A stretch of 64,000 bases of DNA from an uncultured Clostridia bacterium (GTDB lineage Bacteria; Bacillota; Clostridia; Christensenellales; CAG-314). The stretch is from NCBI GenBank assembly GCA_947053925.1, contig CAMRUG010000006.1, forward strand, positions 4,350 to 68,349, given 5' to 3'. The position numbers and the translations under genes were made by a program. A model generated the notes under the pieces. The model was not told the origin of the DNA. It made no database searches and was given only the letters and a program-made list of their open reading frames with translations. Shown here one piece after another: positions 9,173-17,372 of this stretch (positions within the stretch are counted from its first letter, which is position 1; each line of letters opens with the position of its first letter).

Positions 9173-9379
9173 ATGGTATTTAGCGATTTTGGAGTTAATT
9201 TAGCAAGAATAAGAATAAAGGCGAAATTGTCGGCTTATGAATTGAGTTTGCGTATAGGAAAAGACGCAAGTTATATTCATAAAGTTGAAAGCGGAAAAAT
9301 CAATATAAGTTTGAAAACAATATTGGATATTTGCGAAGTTTTGAGTATAGAGCCTGCCGAACTGTTTAAGTCTAAATAA
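9173..9379 (+). CDS. XRE-family helix-turn-helix protein
   Basis: 68 aa with the HTH_3 pattern LARIRIKAKLSAYELSLRIGKDASYIHKVESGK. It is divergent from the SLOG gene. Confidence 0.75.
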   Translation: MVFSDFGVNLARIRIKAKLSAYELSLRIGKDASYIHKVESGKINISLKTILDICEVLSIEPAELFKSK

Positions 9380-9596
9380 TTACAGCAATTAGGTTTGCAT
9401 TATCGACGGCTTTTACCGACAAACCAAACAGTACGCCGACAGCGGCATATAACCCGACTAGAATATTACGTTTGCTTACATTGAATATTGCCGTACGCGA
9501 ATTTGACTTTACGTTATGTCCCTCAAAAAAATACGCGCACAGTCAAATGTGCGCTTAGTTTTATACGATAAACAAGTAAACAAATTTATTTCTTTT

Positions 9597-9755
9597 CTAC
9601 ATTTCGTATTCATCATCATCTCTGGAGTAGCCTAAAGACGGAGACGGATCGTATCCACCGTCATCGTCATTCGGAGTAGACCACGTTGTACCGCCTAATG
9701 ATGAACCGTTATTATAAGCGTAAGGATAACCGGTTTTCACACTTTCATCGCTCAT
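9597..9755 (-). CDS. small acidic Gly/Tyr/Asp-rich peptide (52 aa), hypothetical
   Basis: It is below the cutoff of the ORF track. The ATG is preceded by AGGAGG at 7-nt spacing. The translation is MSDESVKTGYPYAYNNGSSLGGTTWSTPNDDDGGYDPSPSLGYSRDDDEYEM. Confidence 0.35.
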   Translation of the reverse strand: MSDESVKTGYPYAYNNGSSLGGTTWSTPNDDDGGYDPSPSLGYSRDDDEYEM

Positions 9756-9985
9756 AATGAAACCTCCTAACTATTATTACTCTTATTATACTGCTGAATT
9801 TTAAAATGTCAATACTGTTTTTATTCTTACTTTATTCCTCAATTTAAACATTATTAAATGCTATATGTATGAACAAAATAAACTTTTTGCAAGCAGAACT
9901 AACTAAACGGAATATACTATCTCTTAAACGTTTTATTATCGTAGAAAACAATCTGAAATTGGTATATCAACAAATCAATATAATA

Positions 9986-10040
9986 AAACGGATTATGTTT
10001 TACGCTATCCGAAGGTAATAGCACACATAATCCGTTTTTT
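9986..10040. terminator. long hairpin / bidirectional terminator
   Basis: 12-bp arms AAACGGATTATG / CATAATCCGTTT with a ~28-nt loop, and T6 on the plus strand. It sits just downstream of the minus-strand gene ending at 10074. Confidence 0.5.
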
Positions 10041-10073
10041 ACACTTTTATTTATTTTTGAATTTTGCTATATG

Positions 10074-11429
10074 TTAAAAAAATACGTTGTAACGGTTTGG
10101 CGCGCGGTCGGGAAGATCGTAAAGGTAGTCCAGACCTTCCTTTTCGTCAGAAACCTTGTGATTAGGAAATTCAGAGTCGGTTTTACAAAAATAATCGTAA
10201 ATTTTGCCGCTGGGTATATTGGGCTGGTCATCCCAAGTAAGGTCGTACCAGTACCAACCGCCGTTATCCATTTGAACTAAATTCCACGCGTGTCCTTGAT
10301 TATTGCTTTGCCCCGTAACGTAAATGTTATTTATTCCTTTGGCGTTTAACAATGCCTGAAAAGCCTTTGCATATCCTTCGCACACTGCCGACTTACGCTC
10401 GAACACGCCTATTATGCTGTGCGCCCAACGTTCCTCTTGCGGAAGCCCTTCATTTGTATAAGCATAGTCAATGTTGTCGATTATTTTATTGTGAAAAATT
10501 TCGGCTACTCTGTACGCATTGTTTTCGTTTTGAACAAGTTGCATATATTGTGAAATTGATTTGTACAGTTTGGCGTTTTGCTCTACCCGAACATTGCCTT
10601 GCGCATATTCTTCCTCTACGCAAACTTTCAAAGCGATATGTCCCGCTTGCGAAGAAGAAGTTAGCACGCTGTTGCTAATCCAGTAATAAAGCGGATGGTC
10701 GTTGCGGTAAGACGACAAAACGGTAAACGCCTGAGTTTGGTCTAGATTATACTGAACAAAATTAACTTGCGGCAGTACATACCAAGTGCCGTTTTTAGTG
10801 GTAACTTTTTCGGCATTAAAGTTGGCGTTGCTGTGCGCGTCGCCCATAATGCTGTCCAGCGCGTTGTAATACTTTTGCATTTTTTCGCCGTCTTCAAGCG
10901 TTGCAAGTTGTCGGTATCCGTAGTCGGAATTGCAATACTTGGCGTAATCGACAATATAACTACAAACTGTGCACGCTCCGTCCTGCATTTCGTGGACGTT
11001 TTTGTTAAACTCGGCTAAGCACACGTCGCATATTTGCAGATGGTTATCTTCGTCGTAGTTCCACTTATCCGAAGAATGGGCTTCCTTTTCGCCTTTTATC
11101 CCGTTGCAGAACTTGCACGCCGTCCAGTGCGCGTTACCGTCATATACTCTTATATACGCGTGTCCTTCCGACAAAAGCGCGTCAACGTCCAAAATAACCT
11201 GCTGAGCGTCGGCATCGGCAAAATATTGCGAACAGCCTTCGCAATACCAACATTCCGTTTGAGTGTCCGCAATACAACTCACTTCCAAAATTTTATTCTG
11301 TAAGTTATGCGTATGCTTTTCCGGTTCCGGTCCGAAAATTATATCCAAAATAAAATCGCAGGACGACAAAACCGTCAACGACGATACACACAAAATAACA
11401 AATAAAACTATCAGCAGTCTGCGTTTCAT
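10074..11429 (-). CDS. transglutaminase-like (Cys-His-Asp) lipoprotein with a Cys/His-rich N-terminal region
   Basis: Lipobox LTVLSSC. The C-terminal core is SAVCEGYAKAF...GHAWNLV...WYWYDLTWDD. The N-terminal ~140 aa carries many CxxC and H pairs. Confidence 0.75.
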   Translation of the reverse strand: MKRRLLIVLFVILCVSSLTVLSSCDFILDIIFGPEPEKHTHNLQNKILEVSCIADTQTECWYCEGCSQYFADADAQQVILDVDALLSEGHAYIRVYDGNAHWTACKFCNGIKGEKEAHSSDKWNYDEDNHLQICDVCLAEFNKNVHEMQDGACTVCSYIVDYAKYCNSDYGYRQLATLEDGEKMQKYYNALDSIMGDAHSNANFNAEKVTTKNGTWYVLPQVNFVQYNLDQTQAFTVLSSYRNDHPLYYWISNSVLTSSSQAGHIALKVCVEEEYAQGNVRVEQNAKLYKSISQYMQLVQNENNAYRVAEIFHNKIIDNIDYAYTNEGLPQEERWAHSIIGVFERKSAVCEGYAKAFQALLNAKGINNIYVTGQSNNQGHAWNLVQMDNGGWYWYDLTWDDQPNIPSGKIYDYFCKTDSEFPNHKVSDEKEGLDYLYDLPDRAPNRYNVFF

Positions 11430-11471
11430 AAGCTTAGTTTACCATAAACTTTGCAAAATTTCAACCGAATA

Positions 11472-11479
11472 CCCCCCCC
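11472..11479 (-). repeat. homopolymeric G8 tract (C8 on the plus strand)
   Basis: This is the only G/C homopolymer of 8 nt or longer that I saw in the window. It lies 43 nt upstream of the lipoprotein ATG, just 5-prime of a TTGAAA-N17-TAAACT promoter-like motif. Confidence 0.6.
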
Positions 11480-11896
11480 CGTTTCCATTTTTGATACTTG
11501 TTTTATTACAAAATATATATGTTGTTATAATAATAATTGCCAAAACCCTTTAATACGAATACAACCGACTCTGTTTTTATTATCAAAAACAACTTAAAAT
11601 GCGTTATTTGTGTAGTCAAATTTAATGCCGCAGTTCAAAGCATCTGCTTTATTGCGGTTTGCAGACAATTATATTGACGTCAAAATTATATTTAACTATC
11701 TTTGTCTATGCCGATATTATTTAGTAAACAAAAATTTGCCGTACTAACTAAACAAACGCAAAGTAAATCTACAAATGTGTAAAAATTATAAATAGAGAAT
11801 TAAAATATTCGTCTATTTAATGTTGTATTAAGCATACTGCATTATACTTACGCATTATAAGAAGATTTATAAAAACAATCTTGTAAAGGAGTTATT

Positions 11897-12505
11897 ATGC
11901 AAGAGAAGAAAACCGACCGCAGAGTAATAAAAACTAAAAAAGCAATACGCAACGCTTTTATTACTTTACTCGCGCAAAAGGATTACAACAGCATTTCGAT
12001 AAAAGACATAGCGGACGTCGCCGACGTTGACAGAAAAACGGTTTATAACTATTATGCCGGAATTTACGAAATACGCGAAGAATTAGAAAACGACCTTATA
12101 ATTTTGTGGAAAGACGCTATACAGCAATTAGACTTTAAAAACCACATTTCAAATCCTCAAAGAATATTTGAGATTTTGACAGAGATAATAGACAGCAACT
12201 TTGAACTGTACAGCAATTTGATGAAGTTAGACGCGAAATCGCATGTTGTACGCAAACTCAACAAATCGCTTACGGAAGTAGTGAAACAAGCGCTGAACGA
12301 AAGTCGGAAATTTGCCGACAATATTCATATAGCGGAAATTTCCGCTCAGTTTATTACTTCGGGAATGTTGTCTACCTATCAGTATTGGTTTAATTCCGAC
12401 CGCGCTATGCCGCTGAAAGAATTATCTAAAGAAATAGGCAACATAGTACTTTACGGCATTGCAAGTTTAGAACAGCAGCCGGACACCGCGGCAAAAGGAG
12501 AATAA
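11897..12505 (+). CDS. TetR/AcrR-family transcriptional regulator
   Basis: N-terminal HTH TKKAIRNAFITLLAQKDYNSISIKDIADVADVDRKTVYNYY. RBS AAGGAG. Confidence 0.85.
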   Translation: MQEKKTDRRVIKTKKAIRNAFITLLAQKDYNSISIKDIADVADVDRKTVYNYYAGIYEIREELENDLIILWKDAIQQLDFKNHISNPQRIFEILTEIIDSNFELYSNLMKLDAKSHVVRKLNKSLTEVVKQALNESRKFADNIHIAEISAQFITSGMLSTYQYWFNSDRAMPLKELSKEIGNIVLYGIASLEQQPDTAAKGE

Positions 12506-12507
12506 CG

Positions 12508-12960
12508 ATGAAAGAATTTAACCAAATCTGCAAAGAATTCGAACAACTCGACGTATTGAGTTACGGAGCAATACTTGCGGAAAAATCCGCCAAAATTTTG
12601 CCTGCGCTTAAAAACATTACTCAAGACGGGGCAACGGGCGCGGCAATTTACGCCACGTTTATTTTAGGCGCTATTGCGGCAGACGGTAAACTGTCCGAAG
12701 AAGAGTACTTGCTCGTTTATCCGCTGCTAAGCGCATTTTTCGGAGAATCGGTAAACTACGAAGAAGTTAAATATGCCGTAAAACTGTTAAAACCCGAAAG
12801 CAAAGAATTGAAAAACAGCGTTGACGCAATGGTTGATATTTTAGGAAAAATTGACGAAGAATTAAAAAACGATATTATCATTGTTTGTATGATGATATGT
12901 GCAATCGACGGAAAAATATCCCAAAAGGAAAAACGTTGGATAAAACAACTGATTGCGTAA
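12508..12960 (+). CDS. TerB-like (tellurite-resistance TerB / DjlA N-domain fold) protein
   Basis: 150 aa with two ADGK/IDGK-x-S-xxE repeats (AADGKLSEEEYLL, AIDGKISQKEKRWI). It is translationally adjacent to the TetR gene. Confidence 0.5.
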   Translation: MKEFNQICKEFEQLDVLSYGAILAEKSAKILPALKNITQDGATGAAIYATFILGAIAADGKLSEEEYLLVYPLLSAFFGESVNYEEVKYAVKLLKPESKELKNSVDAMVDILGKIDEELKNDIIIVCMMICAIDGKISQKEKRWIKQLIA

Positions 12961-13043
12961 TTTTAAAAATTGCAAACTAAAACTTACCCCTATTTAAAAA
13001 AGCGGGAAAGCCCCTACTGTTACTTTCTGCTTTTTTGCAATGT

Positions 13044-13075
13044 AAAAAGCCCTTGCGTATTTCGCAAGGGTTTTT
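13044..13075. terminator. bidirectional intrinsic terminator
   Basis: A5-CCCTTGCG-tattt-CGCAAGGG-T5, between convergent genes. Confidence 0.75.
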
Positions 13076-13104
13076 GCTTATTTTTAACTGATTTATTGCA
13101 ATGA

Positions 13105-14940
13105 CTATATTTTTATCAAGACCGCATATCCGTACGGTTGTACGGCGCAACTGTCTGCATAACGCCTGCCTGTAAAAATATCCTTATAATAACCCGTAAG
13201 CGGCAAAACGTATTCGGTATCGCCGCGGTTTACTATTACTACGGCTTGTTCCTTAGCAGAATTACTGGAACGCACAAAAGCGTAAGCGCCCAGTTCTGCG
13301 GCAAGTTCGTGAAAATCTCCGTCGGTAAATACGGGCATACTTCTAAGTTTACCCAAACGGCGGTAAAAATCCAACAGTTCCACATTCTCGTTTCCCCACG
13401 GATAGCAACCGCGGCAAAACGGGTCTTTGTACCCTTCCATACCGACTTCGTCGCCGTAGAACACACAGGGGAATCCGAACATAGTATACTGCAAAACTGC
13501 GGCTAATTTTAGCAATTTTGTGCCGTGAACATACTGCGCTTCGGACAGTTTTGTTCTTGACATAATATCCTTGGAATCGTTGTCAAGTCTGTCTCCCGCA
13601 AGATTTGTAAGTATACGGAGCGTATCGTGCGTTCCAAGAATATTCATCAGATTGTTACGCGCAAACAGCGGATAATTGTTGACAATATCGAATACCACAT
13701 CCGACAAAGCCTTGGCGTTGCCGCTTCGGGCAAACTCTACTATGCCGTTAGTAAGCGGATAATTCATAACGGAATCCAACTGACTGCCGTCCAGATAACG
13801 GCGGCGGACGCCGTAGTCCACTTTGTTTGAAGCGTCCTCCCAAACCTCGCCTATAATAGCGCAGTCGGGTTTTGCCTTTTTTGCAGAAGAGACTATTTTG
13901 TCCAACATACAATCGGCAATCTCGTCAACAACGTCCAAACGCCAACCGTTTGCCCCTGCCTGAAGCCAACGGGGAACAATCCCGCCCTTTCCGCACAGAT
14001 ATTTTTGCGCGCCCGCGCTTTCGGCATTTATACGCGGAAGCGTTTCGAAATTCCACCAACATTCGTAATTGTTGTTACCGTCAAAGTTAAACCAGTTACG
14101 GTAAGGAGAATTAACATCGTTATAAGCCCCGCCCTCGCCGTATTTATTGCCTTTGTTAAAATACTTGGAAGTTGCGCCGACGTGATTGAAAACGCCGTCA
14201 AGCACTACTTTCATTCCGCGTTCTTCCGCCTCTTGGCACAGTTTCTCAAAATCTTCCTGCGTGCCGAACATAGGGTCTATCTGTTCGTAATCTTCTGTAT
14301 CGTATTTGTGATTAGAATACGCCTTAAATATGGGATTGAGATAAAGTGTTTTTACGTTAAGCGTCTGCAAATAATCCAATTTACTGATAATGCCCTGCAA
14401 ATTTCCGCCGAAAAAGTCGCGGTTGCGTACTACGCCGTCCTCGTCGCGGTAAAAAGGCTGTTCGCCCCAGTTGCGCATTATTTTGTCTTCCGTGGCTTTC
14501 GTTTCCCCTACTTTGCAAAAACGGTCTGTCATTATTTGGTACATTACGCCCTTATTAAGCCATTCGGGAGTTTGGTATTTCTTTTTGTAAACGGACAGTT
14601 GCCAAGCGCGTACGTTGTCGTAAAACAAACTTGCCTTTTTGTCTGTGCCCATACCGATAAACCTTTCGTACGGTACGCCGTCCATCTTAAAGTAATAAAA
14701 GTACAGACCTTTTTTCAGACTGATGTCGGCAAGATAATTATCGTAATCGTCAGCGCTTTGTTCCTTGTACATAACGTAATCAAGGGTTTGTCCGTCGTCG
14801 CCGTAAATAACAAGCGTTACGCGCAAAGGATTTACGACTTTGTTAATTTGCAAGCGGATACCGAAACGGGTATTCTCGCTTACTGCACCTACTATACTTT
14901 TATAAAACTCGTCAGTAGGATTGTATCTTACGTATTGCAT
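13105..14940 (-). CDS. glycoside hydrolase family 13 enzyme (neopullulanase / alpha-glucosidase type)
   Basis: GH13 conserved regions GVFNHVG, GWRLDVVDE, GEVWED and LGTHDT. The preferred start is the ATG at 14940 (GGAG upstream), which overlaps the glgP stop as TAATG. Confidence 0.85.
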   Translation of the reverse strand: MQYVRYNPTDEFYKSIVGAVSENTRFGIRLQINKVVNPLRVTLVIYGDDGQTLDYVMYKEQSADDYDNYLADISLKKGLYFYYFKMDGVPYERFIGMGTDKKASLFYDNVRAWQLSVYKKKYQTPEWLNKGVMYQIMTDRFCKVGETKATEDKIMRNWGEQPFYRDEDGVVRNRDFFGGNLQGIISKLDYLQTLNVKTLYLNPIFKAYSNHKYDTEDYEQIDPMFGTQEDFEKLCQEAEERGMKVVLDGVFNHVGATSKYFNKGNKYGEGGAYNDVNSPYRNWFNFDGNNNYECWWNFETLPRINAESAGAQKYLCGKGGIVPRWLQAGANGWRLDVVDEIADCMLDKIVSSAKKAKPDCAIIGEVWEDASNKVDYGVRRRYLDGSQLDSVMNYPLTNGIVEFARSGNAKALSDVVFDIVNNYPLFARNNLMNILGTHDTLRILTNLAGDRLDNDSKDIMSRTKLSEAQYVHGTKLLKLAAVLQYTMFGFPCVFYGDEVGMEGYKDPFCRGCYPWGNENVELLDFYRRLGKLRSMPVFTDGDFHELAAELGAYAFVRSSNSAKEQAVVIVNRGDTEYVLPLTGYYKDIFTGRRYADSCAVQPYGYAVLIKI

Positions 14941-17357
14941 TACATTCTCCAAATCTTTTCCGCATATTCGCGCACAGAACGGTCAGAAGAAAATCTGCCT
15001 GCCTCGGCAATATTCTTCAACGACATTCTGTTCCACAAATTAACGTCTTTATACGCTTCGTCCATCTTGTCGTGGCAATTCATATAACTTGCAAAATCGG
15101 CAAAACACATATACGGGTCGGCAATGGGATAATTACGCAGCAGGTAGTTAGAAACAGATTCAAACGTTGTTCCGCCGAAACCGTTGTTCAAGTCCTCAAC
15201 GATAGCGCGCAATTTCGGTTGCTTGAAATAATAATCAGTCGAATTGTAGCCGTTAGCCCAAACGTCGGCAACTTCGCGAGCGTTAAGTCCGAATATAAAG
15301 ATATTGTCCTTGCCTACCGCTTCGCTCATTTCGACGTTTGCACCGTCCATTGTTCCAAGCGTCAACGCGCCGTTTATCATAAACTTCATATTGCCCGTGC
15401 CGCTGGCTTCCTTACCTGCAAGAGAAATTTGTTCGGAAACTTCCGCCGCCGGCATCAGACTTTCCGCCATTGTTACGCAGTAATTCTCCATAAATACAAC
15501 GTTGAGTTTTTCGCGTATTTTGGGGTTGGATTCCAAGTCCTTTTGAATACTGCAAATAAGGCGGATAACTTCCTTAGCGGTATAGTAACTGGGCGCGGCT
15601 TTCGCCCCGAAAATAAACGTTTGCGGCGTTATATCTAAATTGGGGTTTTCTTTTAAGTCGTGATACAGCGAAATTATTTTTAATACATTAAGCAATTGAC
15701 GTTTGTATTCGTGCAGACGTTTAACCTGAACGTCAAAACGCGTGTTAGGGTCAATGCTTACCCCAAGCTTTTTGCGAGAAATATCTGCAAAACGCTTTTT
15801 GTTCGCCAGTTTTATTTTTGCCATCTGCTGATGCGTTTCGCTGTCATCTAAAAATGCATTGAGTTTGGTAAGTTCGGCAGCGTCCGTCATAAAACTGTCG
15901 CCGATTAAATCTTTTATTAAAGAAGTAAGTCCGGGGTTTGCCTGACAAAGCCATCTACGGTAAGCAATACCGTTTGTTACGTTAGTAAATTTACTACGGT
16001 CAAGAAGATAAAAATCTCTGAACAAGTCTTTCTTTAATATGTCGCTGTGCAATGCGGATACGCCGTTGACTTTGTGCGAAGAAATAATGGAAAGATTTGC
16101 CATACGCACTTGATCGAACGCTATGATAGCAAGATCGGACACTTTTTTAAAATCCTGCGTTTTGTTATAAAAATCCTTGCAGGCGCGTTCGTTGATTTCT
16201 ACTACTATTTGGTAAATTCTGGGAAGCAACTGTTTAAAGATATATTCCGGCCAGCACTCGAGAGCCTCTGCCATAACGGTATGGTTTGTATAAGCGCAAA
16301 CTTTGTTTACCATATTCCACGCCTTATCCCAATCGATACGGTATTCGTCAACAAATATACGCATAAGCTCGGGACCGCAAAGCGCAGGATGGGTATCGTT
16401 GATATGCACTGCTACAAGTTTTGTAAAGTCGTCAAAATTACCGTAACGCTTGTAATGGTCGGCAACAATATTCTGCATTGCCGACGAAACCAAAAAGTAT
16501 TCCTGCTTTAAGCGTAAGATTTTGCCTTCTTCGTGGTTATCGTTAGGATACAATACTTTGGTAATCATTTCGGCGTGCGATTGCTCTTCTAAAGCGCGCA
16601 AATACTCGCCTTGTCCGAAAGCACGGAAGTCAAAAGGCTTGTTGTTGCGGGCTGACCACAGGCGCAAAACGCCGACAGCGTTTGCATGGTAACCCTCTAC
16701 TACCATATCGTACGGAAAAGCCTGTACTTCTTCGCAACCAACTTGCTGATAAACAGGACCTTTGTCCGTCCAAATTTCGTTAACCTCGCCGCCGAAGCGT
16801 ACTATCTGGATTTTGTCAGGGCGTTCTTTAAGCCATACTTCGCCGCCCGGAAGCCAATTGTCGGGCAATTCCGTTTGCCAACCGTCGACTATTTTCTGTT
16901 GGAAAAAACCGTATTCAAAACGCAGAGAATGTCCCATTACAGGATAATTTTCCTTTGCCAGACTGTCCAGATAACAAGCGGCAAGACGTCCCAAACCTCC
17001 GTTGCCAAGTCCTGCGTCAGGCTCGCATTCGTACAAGTCGTCGAGATTTACCTTGTAATACTTTTTTAACGTTTCGGCAAACAAGCCGTCCAGTTCCATA
17101 TTGTAAAGATTGTTTTTCAGACTTCTGCCCATTAGAAATTCCATCGACAGATAGTGAACTCTTTTTCTGTCGCGCGCTTTATGCTCGTGATTAAATGCGG
17201 CGCGTTTTTCAAGCAGCATATCGCGCACAACAGTCGCCACGCATTTGTACATCTGCATAGAATTAAGTTCCGTTGCCGATACACCGAACGCCTTATTAGA
17301 CGCGCTTTCGATAAGTTCTTTTATATTAGATTTATTCAAATTATTTACACTAGCCAT
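14940..17357 (-). CDS. glgP: glycogen/maltodextrin phosphorylase
   Basis: 805 aa with the PLP-lysine motif EASGTGNMKFMINGALT and typical GT35 length. Confidence 0.95.
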   Translation of the reverse strand: MASVNNLNKSNIKELIESASNKAFGVSATELNSMQMYKCVATVVRDMLLEKRAAFNHEHKARDRKRVHYLSMEFLMGRSLKNNLYNMELDGLFAETLKKYYKVNLDDLYECEPDAGLGNGGLGRLAACYLDSLAKENYPVMGHSLRFEYGFFQQKIVDGWQTELPDNWLPGGEVWLKERPDKIQIVRFGGEVNEIWTDKGPVYQQVGCEEVQAFPYDMVVEGYHANAVGVLRLWSARNNKPFDFRAFGQGEYLRALEEQSHAEMITKVLYPNDNHEEGKILRLKQEYFLVSSAMQNIVADHYKRYGNFDDFTKLVAVHINDTHPALCGPELMRIFVDEYRIDWDKAWNMVNKVCAYTNHTVMAEALECWPEYIFKQLLPRIYQIVVEINERACKDFYNKTQDFKKVSDLAIIAFDQVRMANLSIISSHKVNGVSALHSDILKKDLFRDFYLLDRSKFTNVTNGIAYRRWLCQANPGLTSLIKDLIGDSFMTDAAELTKLNAFLDDSETHQQMAKIKLANKKRFADISRKKLGVSIDPNTRFDVQVKRLHEYKRQLLNVLKIISLYHDLKENPNLDITPQTFIFGAKAAPSYYTAKEVIRLICSIQKDLESNPKIREKLNVVFMENYCVTMAESLMPAAEVSEQISLAGKEASGTGNMKFMINGALTLGTMDGANVEMSEAVGKDNIFIFGLNAREVADVWANGYNSTDYYFKQPKLRAIVEDLNNGFGGTTFESVSNYLLRNYPIADPYMCFADFASYMNCHDKMDEAYKDVNLWNRMSLKNIAEAGRFSSDRSVREYAEKIWRM

Positions 17358-17372
17358 TCTTGCAATTCTCCG

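Noticed and set aside
14005-15087. A 360-aa plus-strand ORF, the longest unexplained ORF in the track.
   Set aside because: It runs antisense across the GH13/glgP junction, where both minus-strand genes have unambiguous family motifs. Its protein is a low-complexity F/V/I/K-rich translation typical of the antisense frame of AT-rich genes, and it has no RBS.
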